Below, in pieces: positions 28,409-39,337 of a DNA stretch of 64,000 bases. This DNA comes from Candidatus Omnitrophota bacterium (GTDB lineage Bacteria; Omnitrophota; Gorgyraeia; B26-G9). The notes under the pieces are model-generated. The model saw only the letters and a program-made list of their open reading frames with translations. It had not been told where the DNA came from and did no database searches. Location: the NCBI GenBank assembly GCA_018817165.1, contig JAHITY010000118.1, forward strand, positions 6,526-70,525, written 5' to 3'. How positions within the stretch are numbered: the first letter of the stretch is position 1; each line of letters begins with the position of its first letter. The position numbers were made by a program, and so were the translations under genes.

Positions 28409-30112
28409 ATGAGCAATCTATTTAAATTTAAAACAATCGGCACTATTTTACAAGAACGCGGGTTGATAAGTAAAGTAGATCTGAAAGAAGGCCTTGAAAG
28501 CCAAAAGACAAGCGGTTTGCCTTTGGGTAAAATTCTTGTAAACATGGGGATTATTACCGAGGGTCAACTGCTTAATGCTTTAGGTATTCAGGCTCGGCTG
28601 GAAACAGTTGAACTGGAACAGTTTTCAGTTCCGACAGACGTTTTGGAAAAAATTCCTGGGTCAATTGCTCGTTTGTATAATATCCTCCCGCTTAATTTTG
28701 AAACCGGAACGCTTACAATAGCGACATCTGATCCATTTAATTTTAGTATAATTGATGATTTGCGGTTTATGTTTAATTGTAATATTAAAGCTAAAATAGC
28801 AACCAGAGTGAGTATTGCTGAGGCAATTAAAAAATATTATGGCTCAGACATCGAACGTGTTGATGAGATTTTTTCTGAGATCAGTAATAATATTCCAGAA
28901 CTTATTGAAGAAGCTTCTCGCGCGGATAATATAGAAGAACTTTCGGCGCAGTTACCAATTGTTAAGTTGATAAATTTAATTCTTATTCAGGCGATTAAAA
29001 AGAAGGCTTCCGATATCCATTTTGAACCTTTTCAGGATGAATTTAAAATACGTTATCGTCTGGACGGAGTACTTTATGATGTTGTTTCACCTCCGAAAAT
29101 TCTGCACATAGCGATAAGTTCAAGGATTAAGGTTATGGCGAACTTGAACATAGCGGAAACAAGATTACCACAAGATGGGCGTACGCTTGTGCGGATTGCC
29201 GGAAGAATGGTTGATATGCGTGTATCAACTTTACCAACAATTTTCGGAGAAAGTGTTGTAATTAGAATATTAGATAAAGCAACAGTGCAATTATCATTGG
29301 ATGATTTAGGTTTTAAGGAAGATATAAAAAATAAAATACTTTCCTTAATTAAAAAACCGTATGGGATAATATTGAGCACTGGGCCGACTGGATGCGGTAA
29401 GACAACAACTCAATATTCGGCATTAAGCCAGATAAATACAATTGAACAAAAAATAATTACGGTTGAAGATCCGGTGGAATTTGATTTGCCGGGTTTAATC
29501 CAGGTTTCAGTACGACCAAAAATTAATTTTACATTTCCGATTGCCTTGAGGCATATCCTTAGACAAGATCCGGATATAATTATGGTCGGAGAAATTCGGG
29601 ATACAGAAACTGTGCAAATGGCAATTCATGCTTCTTTGACCGGACATCTTGTTTTTTCTACATTGCATACTAATGATGCTCCCAGTGCGGTGACAAGGCT
29701 GATTGATATGGGGGTGGAACCTTTTTTAATTGCTTCGGCTGTTGAGGCAGTTTTGGCTCAAAGGCTTGTTCGCTGTATTTGTTTGAATTGTAAACAAGAA
29801 TATGTGCCGACAAAAAAAGAGTTTGCGGAGTCAGTGATTGACCCGGCAGAAGTTGATAATCAGAAGTTTTACAAAGGTTCTGGATGCGGGCAGTGTAATA
29901 ATTCCGGGTATCGGGGGCGAGTGGGTATTTTTGAATTAATGGTTTTAGATGAGGATTTGCGCTCACTTGTTCTTGATCGAGTAACTGTTAGTCAATTGCG
30001 CAAACAAGCAATTAAAAATGGGATGAGGACATTAAGAGAGGATGCAGTATTAAAAGTATTTCAAGGGATAACAACTTTAGAGGAACTAATTAATATAAGT
30101 TCTAATTATTAA
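28409..30112 (+). CDS. pilB: Type IV pilus assembly ATPase PilB with an MshEN-like N-terminus
   Basis: IGTILQERGLI...Q...LGKILVNMGII, GPTGCGKTT, RQDPDIIMVGEIRD. Confidence 0.92.
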   Translation: MSNLFKFKTIGTILQERGLISKVDLKEGLESQKTSGLPLGKILVNMGIITEGQLLNALGIQARLETVELEQFSVPTDVLEKIPGSIARLYNILPLNFETGTLTIATSDPFNFSIIDDLRFMFNCNIKAKIATRVSIAEAIKKYYGSDIERVDEIFSEISNNIPELIEEASRADNIEELSAQLPIVKLINLILIQAIKKKASDIHFEPFQDEFKIRYRLDGVLYDVVSPPKILHIAISSRIKVMANLNIAETRLPQDGRTLVRIAGRMVDMRVSTLPTIFGESVVIRILDKATVQLSLDDLGFKEDIKNKILSLIKKPYGIILSTGPTGCGKTTTQYSALSQINTIEQKIITVEDPVEFDLPGLIQVSVRPKINFTFPIALRHILRQDPDIIMVGEIRDTETVQMAIHASLTGHLVFSTLHTNDAPSAVTRLIDMGVEPFLIASAVEAVLAQRLVRCICLNCKQEYVPTKKEFAESVIDPAEVDNQKFYKGSGCGQCNNSGYRGRVGIFELMVLDEDLRSLVLDRVTVSQLRKQAIKNGMRTLREDAVLKVFQGITTLEELINISSNY

Positions 30113-30143
30113 TAATCCAATTTATAACCAAAAATAGAAAACA

Positions 30144-31394
30144 GTGAAAATGGAAAAATTTAATTATGTAGCTGTAAAAAAAGATGGTTCGGATATTAAG
30201 GGGATTGTCGAAGCAGTAAATTTAAATGATGCTTTGACTAAAATTAAGGCAATGGGATATTATCCCTCTCAAGTTTTGCCTGATAAGAAAAATAATAAAA
30301 AAGACTCGATTAGTAATTCATTTTTTGCGCGATTAAATTTTCTTAATTTATCTGGTCATAAAATTAAAGAGATGGATCTGGTGATTTTTACTAGACAGCT
30401 TTCAGTTTTACTTGATGCGGGCTTATCTTTAGTTCGTGCTTTGCACGCTTTGCAAAAACAATCCCGGTTTAAATCGATGAATGAAATTATTTCCGATATT
30501 GTTGATATGATTGAATCAGGCAGGGCATTTAGTGATGCTTTGGCGCATTATCCCGTGACTTTTTCCAAAGTTTATATAAATATAGTTAAAGCTGGAGAGA
30601 CCGGGGGAGCGATGGATCAGGTGCTGCGACGTTTGGCTGATTTTTTAGAAAGAAATTTAAAATTACGGCAAAGAATTAATGCTGCCTTGATTTATCCTAG
30701 TCTTGTTCTTGCTGTATCGGTTTCGATTTTAATTCTTGTAATTGTTTTTGTTATTCCTAAATTTATGGAAATGTTTCAGGGTACGGGTATAGCCTTACCT
30801 TTTTTAACTTTAAGCATTATGTCTTTAAGTGATTTTATGTTAACTAAATGGTATGTGTTTATAGCGGGGATAGTTGGATTAATAGCCGGCTATAAAATGT
30901 TGTTGAGTAATTTTACGTTTCGTAAGTTTATTGATAATTTTAAATTAAACATTCCAGTTTTAGGGGGATTGACTAAAAAGGTTATTGCTGCGCGCTTTTC
31001 CCGCACTCTTTCAACTTTATTGTCAGGCGGAGTTCCCATATTGCGCGCTTTAGAATTAACCAAGGAAGTTATTGATAATGAGGTAGTGGCAACTGCGATT
31101 GCTGATGTCTCCGATCATGTTAGGGAGGGTGGCTTTATTTCTAAAGTGCTGGAACATAATTCGGCATTCCCTCAGTTGATGGTTAATATGATTTCTGTTG
31201 GTGAAGAAAGCGGTGCCTTGGATAAGATGCTGTCTAAAGTTGCTGATACTTATGAAGAAGAGGTTGATGTTACGGCTAATACCTTAACATCACTTTTGGA
31301 ACCTTTTCTGGTTATTATCATGGGCGGAGTTGTTTTGCTAATAGTTTTAGCGATGTTTTTACCTTTAATGACGCTTATTCAGTCACTAACTTAA
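30144..31394 (+). CDS. pilC: Type IV pilus platform protein PilC
   Basis: FTRQLSVLLDAGL, AGETGG, ALIYP, VGEESGALDKML. The start may instead be the ATG at 30150. Confidence 0.95.
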   Translation: MKMEKFNYVAVKKDGSDIKGIVEAVNLNDALTKIKAMGYYPSQVLPDKKNNKKDSISNSFFARLNFLNLSGHKIKEMDLVIFTRQLSVLLDAGLSLVRALHALQKQSRFKSMNEIISDIVDMIESGRAFSDALAHYPVTFSKVYINIVKAGETGGAMDQVLRRLADFLERNLKLRQRINAALIYPSLVLAVSVSILILVIVFVIPKFMEMFQGTGIALPFLTLSIMSLSDFMLTKWYVFIAGIVGLIAGYKMLLSNFTFRKFIDNFKLNIPVLGGLTKKVIAARFSRTLSTLLSGGVPILRALELTKEVIDNEVVATAIADVSDHVREGGFISKVLEHNSAFPQLMVNMISVGEESGALDKMLSKVADTYEEEVDVTANTLTSLLEPFLVIIMGGVVLLIVLAMFLPLMTLIQSLT

Positions 31395-31466
31395 TGATAT
31401 AAAATAAGTTATGTTGCATGTTTAATTTTTGTATTTTTTGTTAAAATTAAATTCAGCAGGTATAAG

Positions 31467-31495
31467 TTGACAAACCTTTATAAATGTGCTATATA
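31467..31495 (+). promoter_or_regulatory. Putative sigma70 promoter for the pilM operon
   Basis: TTGACA-N17-TATATA with TGn. Confidence 0.55.
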
Positions 31496-31665
31496 TTATG
31501 TAATATATAAGAGTTAGAACTTCTGTATAAGCGAGTGTAAATGCAAGCGTCTTCCATTTTAAAAAGCCTTTTCAAAGGGATGAATAGGTATCTATGGGTA
31601 TTGAAACTATCTTAGTGTCTTACCTGGTTAAATTTAAAAAGGATAAATAATATTTAGGTTGTTTT

Positions 31666-33264
31666 ATGTCTATTGATAAAAATATATTTTTAGGTATTGA
31701 TATTGGTTCAAGCTCCTTGAAAATTGCTCTTTTGAGCAAGGATAAGGGGGGCAGAATTAAATTGCTTAAAGCTGTTTGTCATGAATATACTAGCTACCCT
31801 GTAACTTCCGATAATCACAATCAAACTGAATTACTCGCCTATTTTTTGAAGAAATTTCTGATCAAAGAGAATATTAATCGGGATACTCGGATAGGTATAT
31901 CTATTGCCGGCCAAGCGGCTTTTGTTAGATTAGTTAAAGTCCCAATTACTGCGCCGGAAAAGTTACGTCAGATCGTGCTTTATGAGACGCAGCAACAGGT
32001 TCCATTTCCGATTAATGAAGTTGTTTGGGATTTTCAGATATATGGTAGGGATAAAAAACAGTTAAGTGTTCTTTTAGCAGCTGTAAAAAAGGAACTTACT
32101 GGTTCCATTTTAAGCATTATCAGTGAGTTTTCCTTAAATGTGGAATTTATTGATGTAAGCAATCTTGCTTTGTATAATTGTTTGCATTATTTTTATCGGG
32201 ATCTTAAAGAAACTTTGGTTCTAGATATTGGGGCTAAGACTACAAATATTATCATTATAAGTGAGGAGAAATTTTGGACAAGAAGTTTACCCCTTGGCGG
32301 TCAAGATATTACTGATTCAATCGCGGTTGCGCTTAAAGTCGATAATGGTGTGGCTGAGAAAATTAAAAGAGAGCAGGGTAAAGTTGCAATGCTTTATTAT
32401 GGACAAAAGCTTTCTTCTGATACTCAGGAACAAAAAATTGCGGAGGCAATTACCGCGATACTTACCGATATGACCAATGAAATTGTTAAGACTTTGAATT
32501 TTTATAAGTCTCAGCATAAATCTGAGATGAATTTTAAAAAAGTATTATTAACTGGGGGTGTGAGCAAAGTTGATAATATCGATAAGTTTTTTGAGAATAG
32601 TCTATCTTTACCTGTGGAAAAGTTGGATTATTTTAATTTTCTGGGTTTTAGCCAAAAAGTTGACATGTCAATCAATGAGTTCTTTGGTCCGGCAATCGGG
32701 TTAGCTTTACGTGGTCATGGCCGCTCAATGCTCAATATTAATTTATTATCCCAAGAATACTTGAAAAAGAAAAATTTCAGTAAAAAAATTCCGTTTATTT
32801 TAAGCGCTTTTGTTTTTTTGGGATTGATATTACTTGGTTTTTTTATGCTGTTATTGAGTAAGAATGCTGAATTATCTGATTATTTTAAGAAAATAAATAA
32901 TCAGGTTAATCAATATGAACAATCAGCGAAACAATTAGATGCTTTGAAGCAAGATATTAATGAAATCCAAAAAAATCAAAAGTCAATGAATGCGATTATA
33001 AATGCACGGTATCAAGCAATAGAAATACTGAGTAAAATCACGCAAGCTATGCCTGGAGCAGTCTGGATTAAGAATTTAGATTTAAATTTAGAACTTAAAA
33101 CTATTGTTCTCGAGGGGAATTGCGGTAAGGATTTGAATGCGGTAGATCATTTTCAAAATAAAATCAAATCGCAAGATATTTTTAAAGATGTAAAACTGAA
33201 TACTGTTGGCAAACAAGCTGATGGAAGTATAGACTTTTCAATGACAATATTTATAAACAAATAG
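31666..33264 (+). CDS. pilM: PilM-PilN fusion
   Basis: GIDIGSSSLK, QQQVPFPINEVVWD, LDIGAKTT, GPAIGLALR, INLL linker, TM helix and PilN-like domain. Confidence 0.85.
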   Translation: MSIDKNIFLGIDIGSSSLKIALLSKDKGGRIKLLKAVCHEYTSYPVTSDNHNQTELLAYFLKKFLIKENINRDTRIGISIAGQAAFVRLVKVPITAPEKLRQIVLYETQQQVPFPINEVVWDFQIYGRDKKQLSVLLAAVKKELTGSILSIISEFSLNVEFIDVSNLALYNCLHYFYRDLKETLVLDIGAKTTNIIIISEEKFWTRSLPLGGQDITDSIAVALKVDNGVAEKIKREQGKVAMLYYGQKLSSDTQEQKIAEAITAILTDMTNEIVKTLNFYKSQHKSEMNFKKVLLTGGVSKVDNIDKFFENSLSLPVEKLDYFNFLGFSQKVDMSINEFFGPAIGLALRGHGRSMLNINLLSQEYLKKKNFSKKIPFILSAFVFLGLILLGFFMLLLSKNAELSDYFKKINNQVNQYEQSAKQLDALKQDINEIQKNQKSMNAIINARYQAIEILSKITQAMPGAVWIKNLDLNLELKTIVLEGNCGKDLNAVDHFQNKIKSQDIFKDVKLNTVGKQADGSIDFSMTIFINK

Positions 33265-33275
33265 AGATTTATATA

Positions 33276-34007
33276 ATGGAAATATTTTTAATCAAAAATT
33301 TCAGAAAAACATTTACAAGTATTGTTCTTATCGCAATCACTTGTGCTGGTTTGATATTAGCGATTATAGCAGCTGGTTTATTCAATTCTAATTTAAACCC
33401 AAAATTAGGGGATTTAGAAAAAAGGCTTATAATTTACAAAAAAACTTTAGGTAATAATCCGGAGCAATTGATCGCAGGTAAAAAAATATATAAAAGTCAA
33501 TTATTAGAAAAGAATGAAAAAATCAATAATATGTTTACAAAGCCGAATTATGTTAGTAGTACTCCGCTTTCTTTCAAACAGCTTTTGTTTAGCGCTCAGG
33601 ATAGATTGAAAGTAGAAGCGCATAAAAAAAATTTAAAATTGTCTGAATGGTTAGGATTTGATGAATATAAAATAAATGTTCCGGAGGCTGCTATTACTGA
33701 TGTTTTAACCCAGGAATTAAACGTAATTGAGGCGCTAGTTACTGGCGCAATAGATAGCGGTGTGAGCTCAATTGATAATATTAAATTATCTCATCAGAGA
33801 CTGTCCGTGACGGTAGCGGATAAGAAGTTTAGCTATTTGCCGATATCTTTATCAATTAAATCAGGTTCGGGACAAATGAAAGCTTTTTTAATGAATATTT
33901 CAAAAATGCCTGGTATTTTTGAAATAATCCAATTAAAAGTCAAGAGTGTTGATCAGGATAAGAATATGTTATCTACGGATATAATTCTACAATTTATTGA
34001 GATATGA
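33276..34007 (+). CDS. PilO-like pilus accessory protein (possibly Amuc_1100-like)
   Basis: N-terminal TM helix, coiled coil, WLGFDEY; lies between pilM and the secretin as in PVC pilus clusters (inference). Confidence 0.55.
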   Translation: MEIFLIKNFRKTFTSIVLIAITCAGLILAIIAAGLFNSNLNPKLGDLEKRLIIYKKTLGNNPEQLIAGKKIYKSQLLEKNEKINNMFTKPNYVSSTPLSFKQLLFSAQDRLKVEAHKKNLKLSEWLGFDEYKINVPEAAITDVLTQELNVIEALVTGAIDSGVSSIDNIKLSHQRLSVTVADKKFSYLPISLSIKSGSGQMKAFLMNISKMPGIFEIIQLKVKSVDQDKNMLSTDIILQFIEI

Positions 34008-34011
34008 AAAT

Positions 34012-34707
34012 ATGAATAAAATATATGATAAGTTAGATAAAATAATTTGTTTTATTATGGCAGGATTATTTATTGTCAGCAGTTATTTATTTATAGGTAA
34101 TAGTTATAATTATAAAATATCTATGGAGCAGAAGAAAAATGCTTTAATTGTTGAAAATAAAAATGAGAATAATGATTTATTGCCAGAAGGTTTACTTTTA
34201 GACCCTGATCCTAAAGCAGCGATTGATTTGCTTGCAATAAAAAGAAATATTTTTGTTCCGTTTGAAGATGATGAGAAAAGGGTAACGTTTGATAATCCTG
34301 TCCTGGAATTATTGGATATATCATATAAACCGCTTGGTTTTCAATATCAAGGAAGAATTATTTATCCAAATGGCAAGATCGTAGCTCAAATTAATGCGAA
34401 TAATAAAAGTTATTTAGTTCAGCTGGGTGCAAAAGTGGGAGATTATAAAGTTACTCACCTGGATAAAAATTCAGTTGTCCTAAAAATGAAAAAAGGAGAA
34501 TCTTTGGATATAAAATATCTGCAACAAGGCTATAGTGATGAATTGATGGCAAAAATTAAAGACAATATTTCTGGAAAGATTGAAACAGTTTATAAAAATA
34601 GTGATATATTCGGCTATAAGGTGCTTGACATAGACAGAGATTTTGTGATATTGTCTAAGTTAGGTCAGCAGTTACGGTTACAGAAAGGAATGGTGCAAAC
34701 GAAATGA
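34012..34707 (+). CDS. Membrane-anchored pilus accessory protein (PilP/GspC-like position)
   Basis: N-terminal TM helix, RNIF.P motif and beta-rich domain; directly upstream of the secretin. Confidence 0.5.
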   Translation: MNKIYDKLDKIICFIMAGLFIVSSYLFIGNSYNYKISMEQKKNALIVENKNENNDLLPEGLLLDPDPKAAIDLLAIKRNIFVPFEDDEKRVTFDNPVLELLDISYKPLGFQYQGRIIYPNGKIVAQINANNKSYLVQLGAKVGDYKVTHLDKNSVVLKMKKGESLDIKYLQQGYSDELMAKIKDNISGKIETVYKNSDIFGYKVLDIDRDFVILSKLGQQLRLQKGMVQTK

Positions 34708-36602
34708 AACGATTAATCTTCTTTTTACTTATAATATCTTTTTGCTTAAATATGGATTTAAATGTTTTTGCTCAGGATAGTGGCTTGTCTGATTTTGAAC
34801 AGGATCGGGCATTGGATTTAGCCAATCAAATTGCTCAGCAGAAAAATTCAAAGGCTACTGTAAATACAGCGAATTTAAGCCTTGGTTTGACAGATTTAAT
34901 TAACAAGGGATATGATGCTTGGGCAAATCTGGAATTTGAAAAAGCAAAAGCATATTTTAATGCAGCTTTGAGCTTGGAACCGAATAATTCGGAAATATCT
35001 GAAATTATTTATGGTTTAGAAAAAGCGCAATTAGAATATGAGCGAAGTCAGGTTAAAACAGAATTATCGCTTTTGCAGGGCAAAAGAATGCTTGATTCAG
35101 AAAAAGCTTGGTTGATTGAGCCTCCGAAGACAACAAGTTCCACTGGGCAAATAAAAAAACAATCAATTTCTTCTTTAAAAGAAAAGGCAATGACGAAAAA
35201 TGTAAGCATTGATTTTACTAATGCGCAGATTAGCAATGTGCTTGAATTTTTATCTGAGGTAAGCGGAATCAATATAATTATGGATCAGGCCGCAGTTGCT
35301 AGTGCCGGTAATATCGGCATACATCTTAAAAATGTAAGCTTGGTTCAGGCCTTAGAATCAATATTGCGTTCAAAAGGATTGGCTTATAGGTTTGAAAAGG
35401 ATTTTATTTGGGTTAGTTCCCAAGCGGATATTGCTAATGAGAGTTTAGTTATTCGGATATATAATCTTTCTCAGGGCTTAGCTAGTTTTACTTATTTTAC
35501 GACTTTTGATACTGTTACCATAAAAGGTGTGCGCCCCGATAGTAAAGTGATTTTAGGAGAAGAAGGTTTGGGTGTTGAGACTAATGAAGGAATAAAAATC
35601 GGCGGTCCAAGCGGAGTATCGGGTAAGGTTACTATGACAATTGAGGATGTTTTGAAACAAGTTGTTGATTGGCCTGAGGCAAGTAGGATATTTTTAGATA
35701 ATCGGACAAGTACGCTTATTGTGCGAAATACTCCGACTAATTTAGCAATTTTAGAGGAAGTTATACAAGCCCTTGATGTTAATCCTCCTCAGGTTATGAT
35801 TGAAGCAAGATTTGTCGAAATCGGGGAAGATGATTTATACTCTTTGGGTCTTAAAATGAATACTGAGATTAGTGGGCAGGGAGCAGCAGCTCCAACATCA
35901 TTTCCGTTTAATAAAAATAATAATGGAAAATTCGCTTCGACGTTTCCTGCACCAGCTACTACTGACTTTAACTACGGTAAACTAGATTTTTCCCAGTTTC
36001 AGGCAGTTATTTCGGCCATAGAACAGAATACTAATAGCAATACACTTTCTTCCCCGAAAATCACTACGATTAGCGGGCAGGAAGCAGTAATAAAAATAGT
36101 AAAAGAATATAGATATCCTACAAAATATGAAATCGAAGTACTAAAAGTAGAAGATGCTGATGGTAATACAGTTACGCAATCATTTCCTGTTCCAGTTGAA
36201 TTTACAACTCGCGATATTGGGATAATTTTAAAGGTTACGCCAAATGTCGGAGCTGATGAGAAAACAATTAATATGACTGTTATTCCCGAGGTCAGTGAAT
36301 TTGATGTAACTAAAGATTTTTTTAATTATGGAACTGATGAAAGACCGTTTTTGCAGCCTTTCTTTAATACGCGAAATGCAACAGCCAGTATAATTGTAAA
36401 TAATAATGAAACAGTGGTAATGGGCGGTCTTATGCGGGAAACTGTAGAACAAGGAGTTGACCGTATTCCGGTTCTGGGCAGTATTCCTTTGCTTGGCAAT
36501 TTATTCAGCCGCAAGGTAGATAATAAGCAGAAAAGAAATTTGTTGATTTTTGTTACTGCTCGAATAATCAGTCCAACAGGACAGACAGTAGTTAAAAAGT
36601 AG
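34704..36602 (+). CDS. pilQ: Secretin (PilQ/GspD family) with an N-terminal TPR
   Basis: Signal peptide, PQVMIEARFVEI, LSSPKITT, IGIILKVTP, IPVLGSIPLLGNLF, LLIFVTARII. Confidence 0.9.
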   Translation: MKRLIFFLLIISFCLNMDLNVFAQDSGLSDFEQDRALDLANQIAQQKNSKATVNTANLSLGLTDLINKGYDAWANLEFEKAKAYFNAALSLEPNNSEISEIIYGLEKAQLEYERSQVKTELSLLQGKRMLDSEKAWLIEPPKTTSSTGQIKKQSISSLKEKAMTKNVSIDFTNAQISNVLEFLSEVSGINIIMDQAAVASAGNIGIHLKNVSLVQALESILRSKGLAYRFEKDFIWVSSQADIANESLVIRIYNLSQGLASFTYFTTFDTVTIKGVRPDSKVILGEEGLGVETNEGIKIGGPSGVSGKVTMTIEDVLKQVVDWPEASRIFLDNRTSTLIVRNTPTNLAILEEVIQALDVNPPQVMIEARFVEIGEDDLYSLGLKMNTEISGQGAAAPTSFPFNKNNNGKFASTFPAPATTDFNYGKLDFSQFQAVISAIEQNTNSNTLSSPKITTISGQEAVIKIVKEYRYPTKYEIEVLKVEDADGNTVTQSFPVPVEFTTRDIGIILKVTPNVGADEKTINMTVIPEVSEFDVTKDFFNYGTDERPFLQPFFNTRNATASIIVNNNETVVMGGLMRETVEQGVDRIPVLGSIPLLGNLFSRKVDNKQKRNLLIFVTARIISPTGQTVVKK

Positions 36603-36713
36603 TTTTATGTTTAAACACTGTCAAACTATAACCACTTAAACCATGGGTACCGCCGCATTGTATAAATCCCGTTGATAACTATGTATTTATAGTATAAGGC
36701 ATATCTAATATCC

Positions 36714-39287
36714 ATGCAGAGAAAAAAACTTTATCTTGTTGATGGAAATTCATATATTTATCGGGCATATTATGCTATCGGCGATTTAACTACATCAACA
36801 GGTATTCCTACTGGGGCAGTTTTTGGTTTTGTAACAATGCTGAACAGGTTAAAATCAGATGCTCATCCTGATTATCTTGCCGTTTGTTTTGATTTAAAAG
36901 GTCCGACACTGCGTCATGGTGGAGAAGTGGATTATAAAAAAGATCGCAAGCCAATGCCGGAAGATCTTGTCAGTCAGATGCAGGTGGTTAAAGAGGTTAT
37001 TGGCGCTTACGGTATCCCGATTTTTCAATTGTCGGGATATGAGGCTGATGATATTATTGCAACTTTAGCGGTTAAATTTAAAGAAGATGTGGATGTTTAC
37101 ATTGCTAGCAGCGACAAAGATATGTTGCAACTAGTTGATAATTATGTTAAAATTTATAATCCGCAAAAAGAAAATAAAATTGTGGGGTATGAGCAAGTTT
37201 TTGAAAAATTTAAAGTAACTCCCAATCAAATAACAGACCTTTTAGCTTTAGCCGGAGATAGTTCAGATAGTATTCCAGGAGTGCCAGGTATCGGGCCTAA
37301 AACAGCCGCAGAATTATTATCAGTATTTAAAGATCTTGAAGGGATTTTAAGTAATACGCATAAGATTACCCAGAAAAAAAGAAAACAACTTCTTGAAGAA
37401 TTCGCGGATCAGGCAAGATTAAGTAAAAAACTGGCAACAGTAATTACTGATGTTCCAATTGATGTATCCCTGGAAAGACTTAAGGGAACGACTCAAGATA
37501 TACAGACATTGAGAGGTATTTTTCAAAGATTGGAATTTAAAAATCTATCCAGTAGTTTAGTTGATCAGGCTCCAAAACAAAATGCTGGCTTTAAAATACA
37601 TCAAATTAATACAAAAAAAGAATTATGTGATTTATATCTTAGTTTGAAAAAAGAAAAAACTTTTTCTTTCTGCGTTCGTCCTGACAATGAAAAACTGCAT
37701 AATATTAAAAGTATAGAAATAAGCACTGGTCTGCAATCGCTAATAAGCATCAGTCTAAATAATCAAGTGACAATCGCGGATGTTAAACAGCAATTAGAAG
37801 AAATTTTTTTAGATAAAAACATTCTTAAAATTGGTTACGATATTAAAAATCTATGTATTGTTTTTAAGAAAAACAATATTGAACTGGATGGTCCGTTTTT
37901 TGACATAATGGTTGGGGCATATTTATTAGAACCAGGTGCAAGTCGCAGGACTCTGGGAGATATTGCCGGGGACTATATCGCGAGAAATATTGATTATGAT
38001 ATTCAGGCAATTGAGCAGATAAATATAAAAAATATTTTAGCGCAAGAGCTTAAGGCTAAAGAATTGATAGAGCTTTTTAACACTGTTGAGATGCCTTTAA
38101 TCAGAGTTTTGGCTTTGATGGAGTGCGCGGGGATAAAAGTAGATAAAGACCTTCTTTGTTCTATGGAAAAAAGTATTGAGAAAAAATTAGAAGTACTTAC
38201 TGCTGAAATATATAAGACAAGTGGTTGTGAATTTAATATAAATTCTCCGAAACAATTAGGTGAAATTTTATTTGATAAATTAAAATTACCGGTTGGCAAA
38301 AAAGGTAAAAGCGGATTTTCAACAAATGGAGAAGTGCTGAAGCAGCTATCTTTAGAGCATGAATTACCGGCGATGATTTTAGAATATCGGGAGTTGGCTA
38401 AACTTAGGTCAACTTATGTTTTGGGATTGCTTGATTTAATTGATCCTATTAGTGGTCGAATTCATACATCTTTCAATCAAACAGTTACCGCTACTGGCAG
38501 GCTTAGTTCAAGCACCCCTAATCTTCAGAATATTCCAGTGCGTACAGAAATAGGCAGAAAAATTCGTGCCGCTTTTATCAGTAAGTCAAAGGATTGGAGT
38601 TTATTATCAGCTGACTATTCACAGATAGAGTTAAGAGTTTTAGCCCATCTGTCAGAAGATGAGTATTTGACCAAGGCCTTTAATCAGGATTTAGATATAC
38701 ATACTTTTACGGCAACTTTGATTTTTGATATTCCGAGTGAACAAGTAGATAAAAAGATGCGTTATTTGGCTAAAAGAGTTAATTTTGGGATAATTTATGG
38801 TATGGGCGCATATGGCTTAGCCAGAGATATTAATGTGTCTCATGCTGAGGCTAAGAAGTTTATTCAAGAATATTTCAAGCGGTATCCTTCGGTACAAAAC
38901 TATTTGCAAAAACAGATTGATCATGCCAGACAAACAGGTTATGTAACAACTTTGCTTAATCGGCGGCGATATATACCGCAAATAAACACAAAAAATATGA
39001 TGCAACGCAGTTTTGCCGAACGCACCGCGATGAATACGCCAATTCAAGGGACAGCAGCTGATTTAATTAAAGTAGCAATGATTAATGTATTAAATAAATT
39101 GGATCAAGGCAAGTTTAAGACGAGTATGCTTTTGCAGGTACATGATGAATTGGTTTTTGATGTTCCAGATGATGAGCTTGAACAGGTAAAAAAAATAGTC
39201 AAGCAATGTATGGAAAGTATTTTTAAGCTTCGCGTGCCAATTAAAGTTGATTTAAAATCTGGGAAAAACTGGAGAGATATGCAGTAG
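36714..39287 (+). CDS. polA: DNA polymerase I
   Basis: LVDGNS...YEADD, GVPGIGPKTA, TGRLSS.PNLQNIP, ADYSQIELR, LLQVHDEL. Confidence 0.98.
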   Translation: MQRKKLYLVDGNSYIYRAYYAIGDLTTSTGIPTGAVFGFVTMLNRLKSDAHPDYLAVCFDLKGPTLRHGGEVDYKKDRKPMPEDLVSQMQVVKEVIGAYGIPIFQLSGYEADDIIATLAVKFKEDVDVYIASSDKDMLQLVDNYVKIYNPQKENKIVGYEQVFEKFKVTPNQITDLLALAGDSSDSIPGVPGIGPKTAAELLSVFKDLEGILSNTHKITQKKRKQLLEEFADQARLSKKLATVITDVPIDVSLERLKGTTQDIQTLRGIFQRLEFKNLSSSLVDQAPKQNAGFKIHQINTKKELCDLYLSLKKEKTFSFCVRPDNEKLHNIKSIEISTGLQSLISISLNNQVTIADVKQQLEEIFLDKNILKIGYDIKNLCIVFKKNNIELDGPFFDIMVGAYLLEPGASRRTLGDIAGDYIARNIDYDIQAIEQINIKNILAQELKAKELIELFNTVEMPLIRVLALMECAGIKVDKDLLCSMEKSIEKKLEVLTAEIYKTSGCEFNINSPKQLGEILFDKLKLPVGKKGKSGFSTNGEVLKQLSLEHELPAMILEYRELAKLRSTYVLGLLDLIDPISGRIHTSFNQTVTATGRLSSSTPNLQNIPVRTEIGRKIRAAFISKSKDWSLLSADYSQIELRVLAHLSEDEYLTKAFNQDLDIHTFTATLIFDIPSEQVDKKMRYLAKRVNFGIIYGMGAYGLARDINVSHAEAKKFIQEYFKRYPSVQNYLQKQIDHARQTGYVTTLLNRRRYIPQINTKNMMQRSFAERTAMNTPIQGTAADLIKVAMINVLNKLDQGKFKTSMLLQVHDELVFDVPDDELEQVKKIVKQCMESIFKLRVPIKVDLKSGKNWRDMQ

Positions 39288-39337
39288 GGTTTTTAAAAAA
39301 ATGGGGAGGAATGGTTGCATGCTTCATGGGGGGAATT

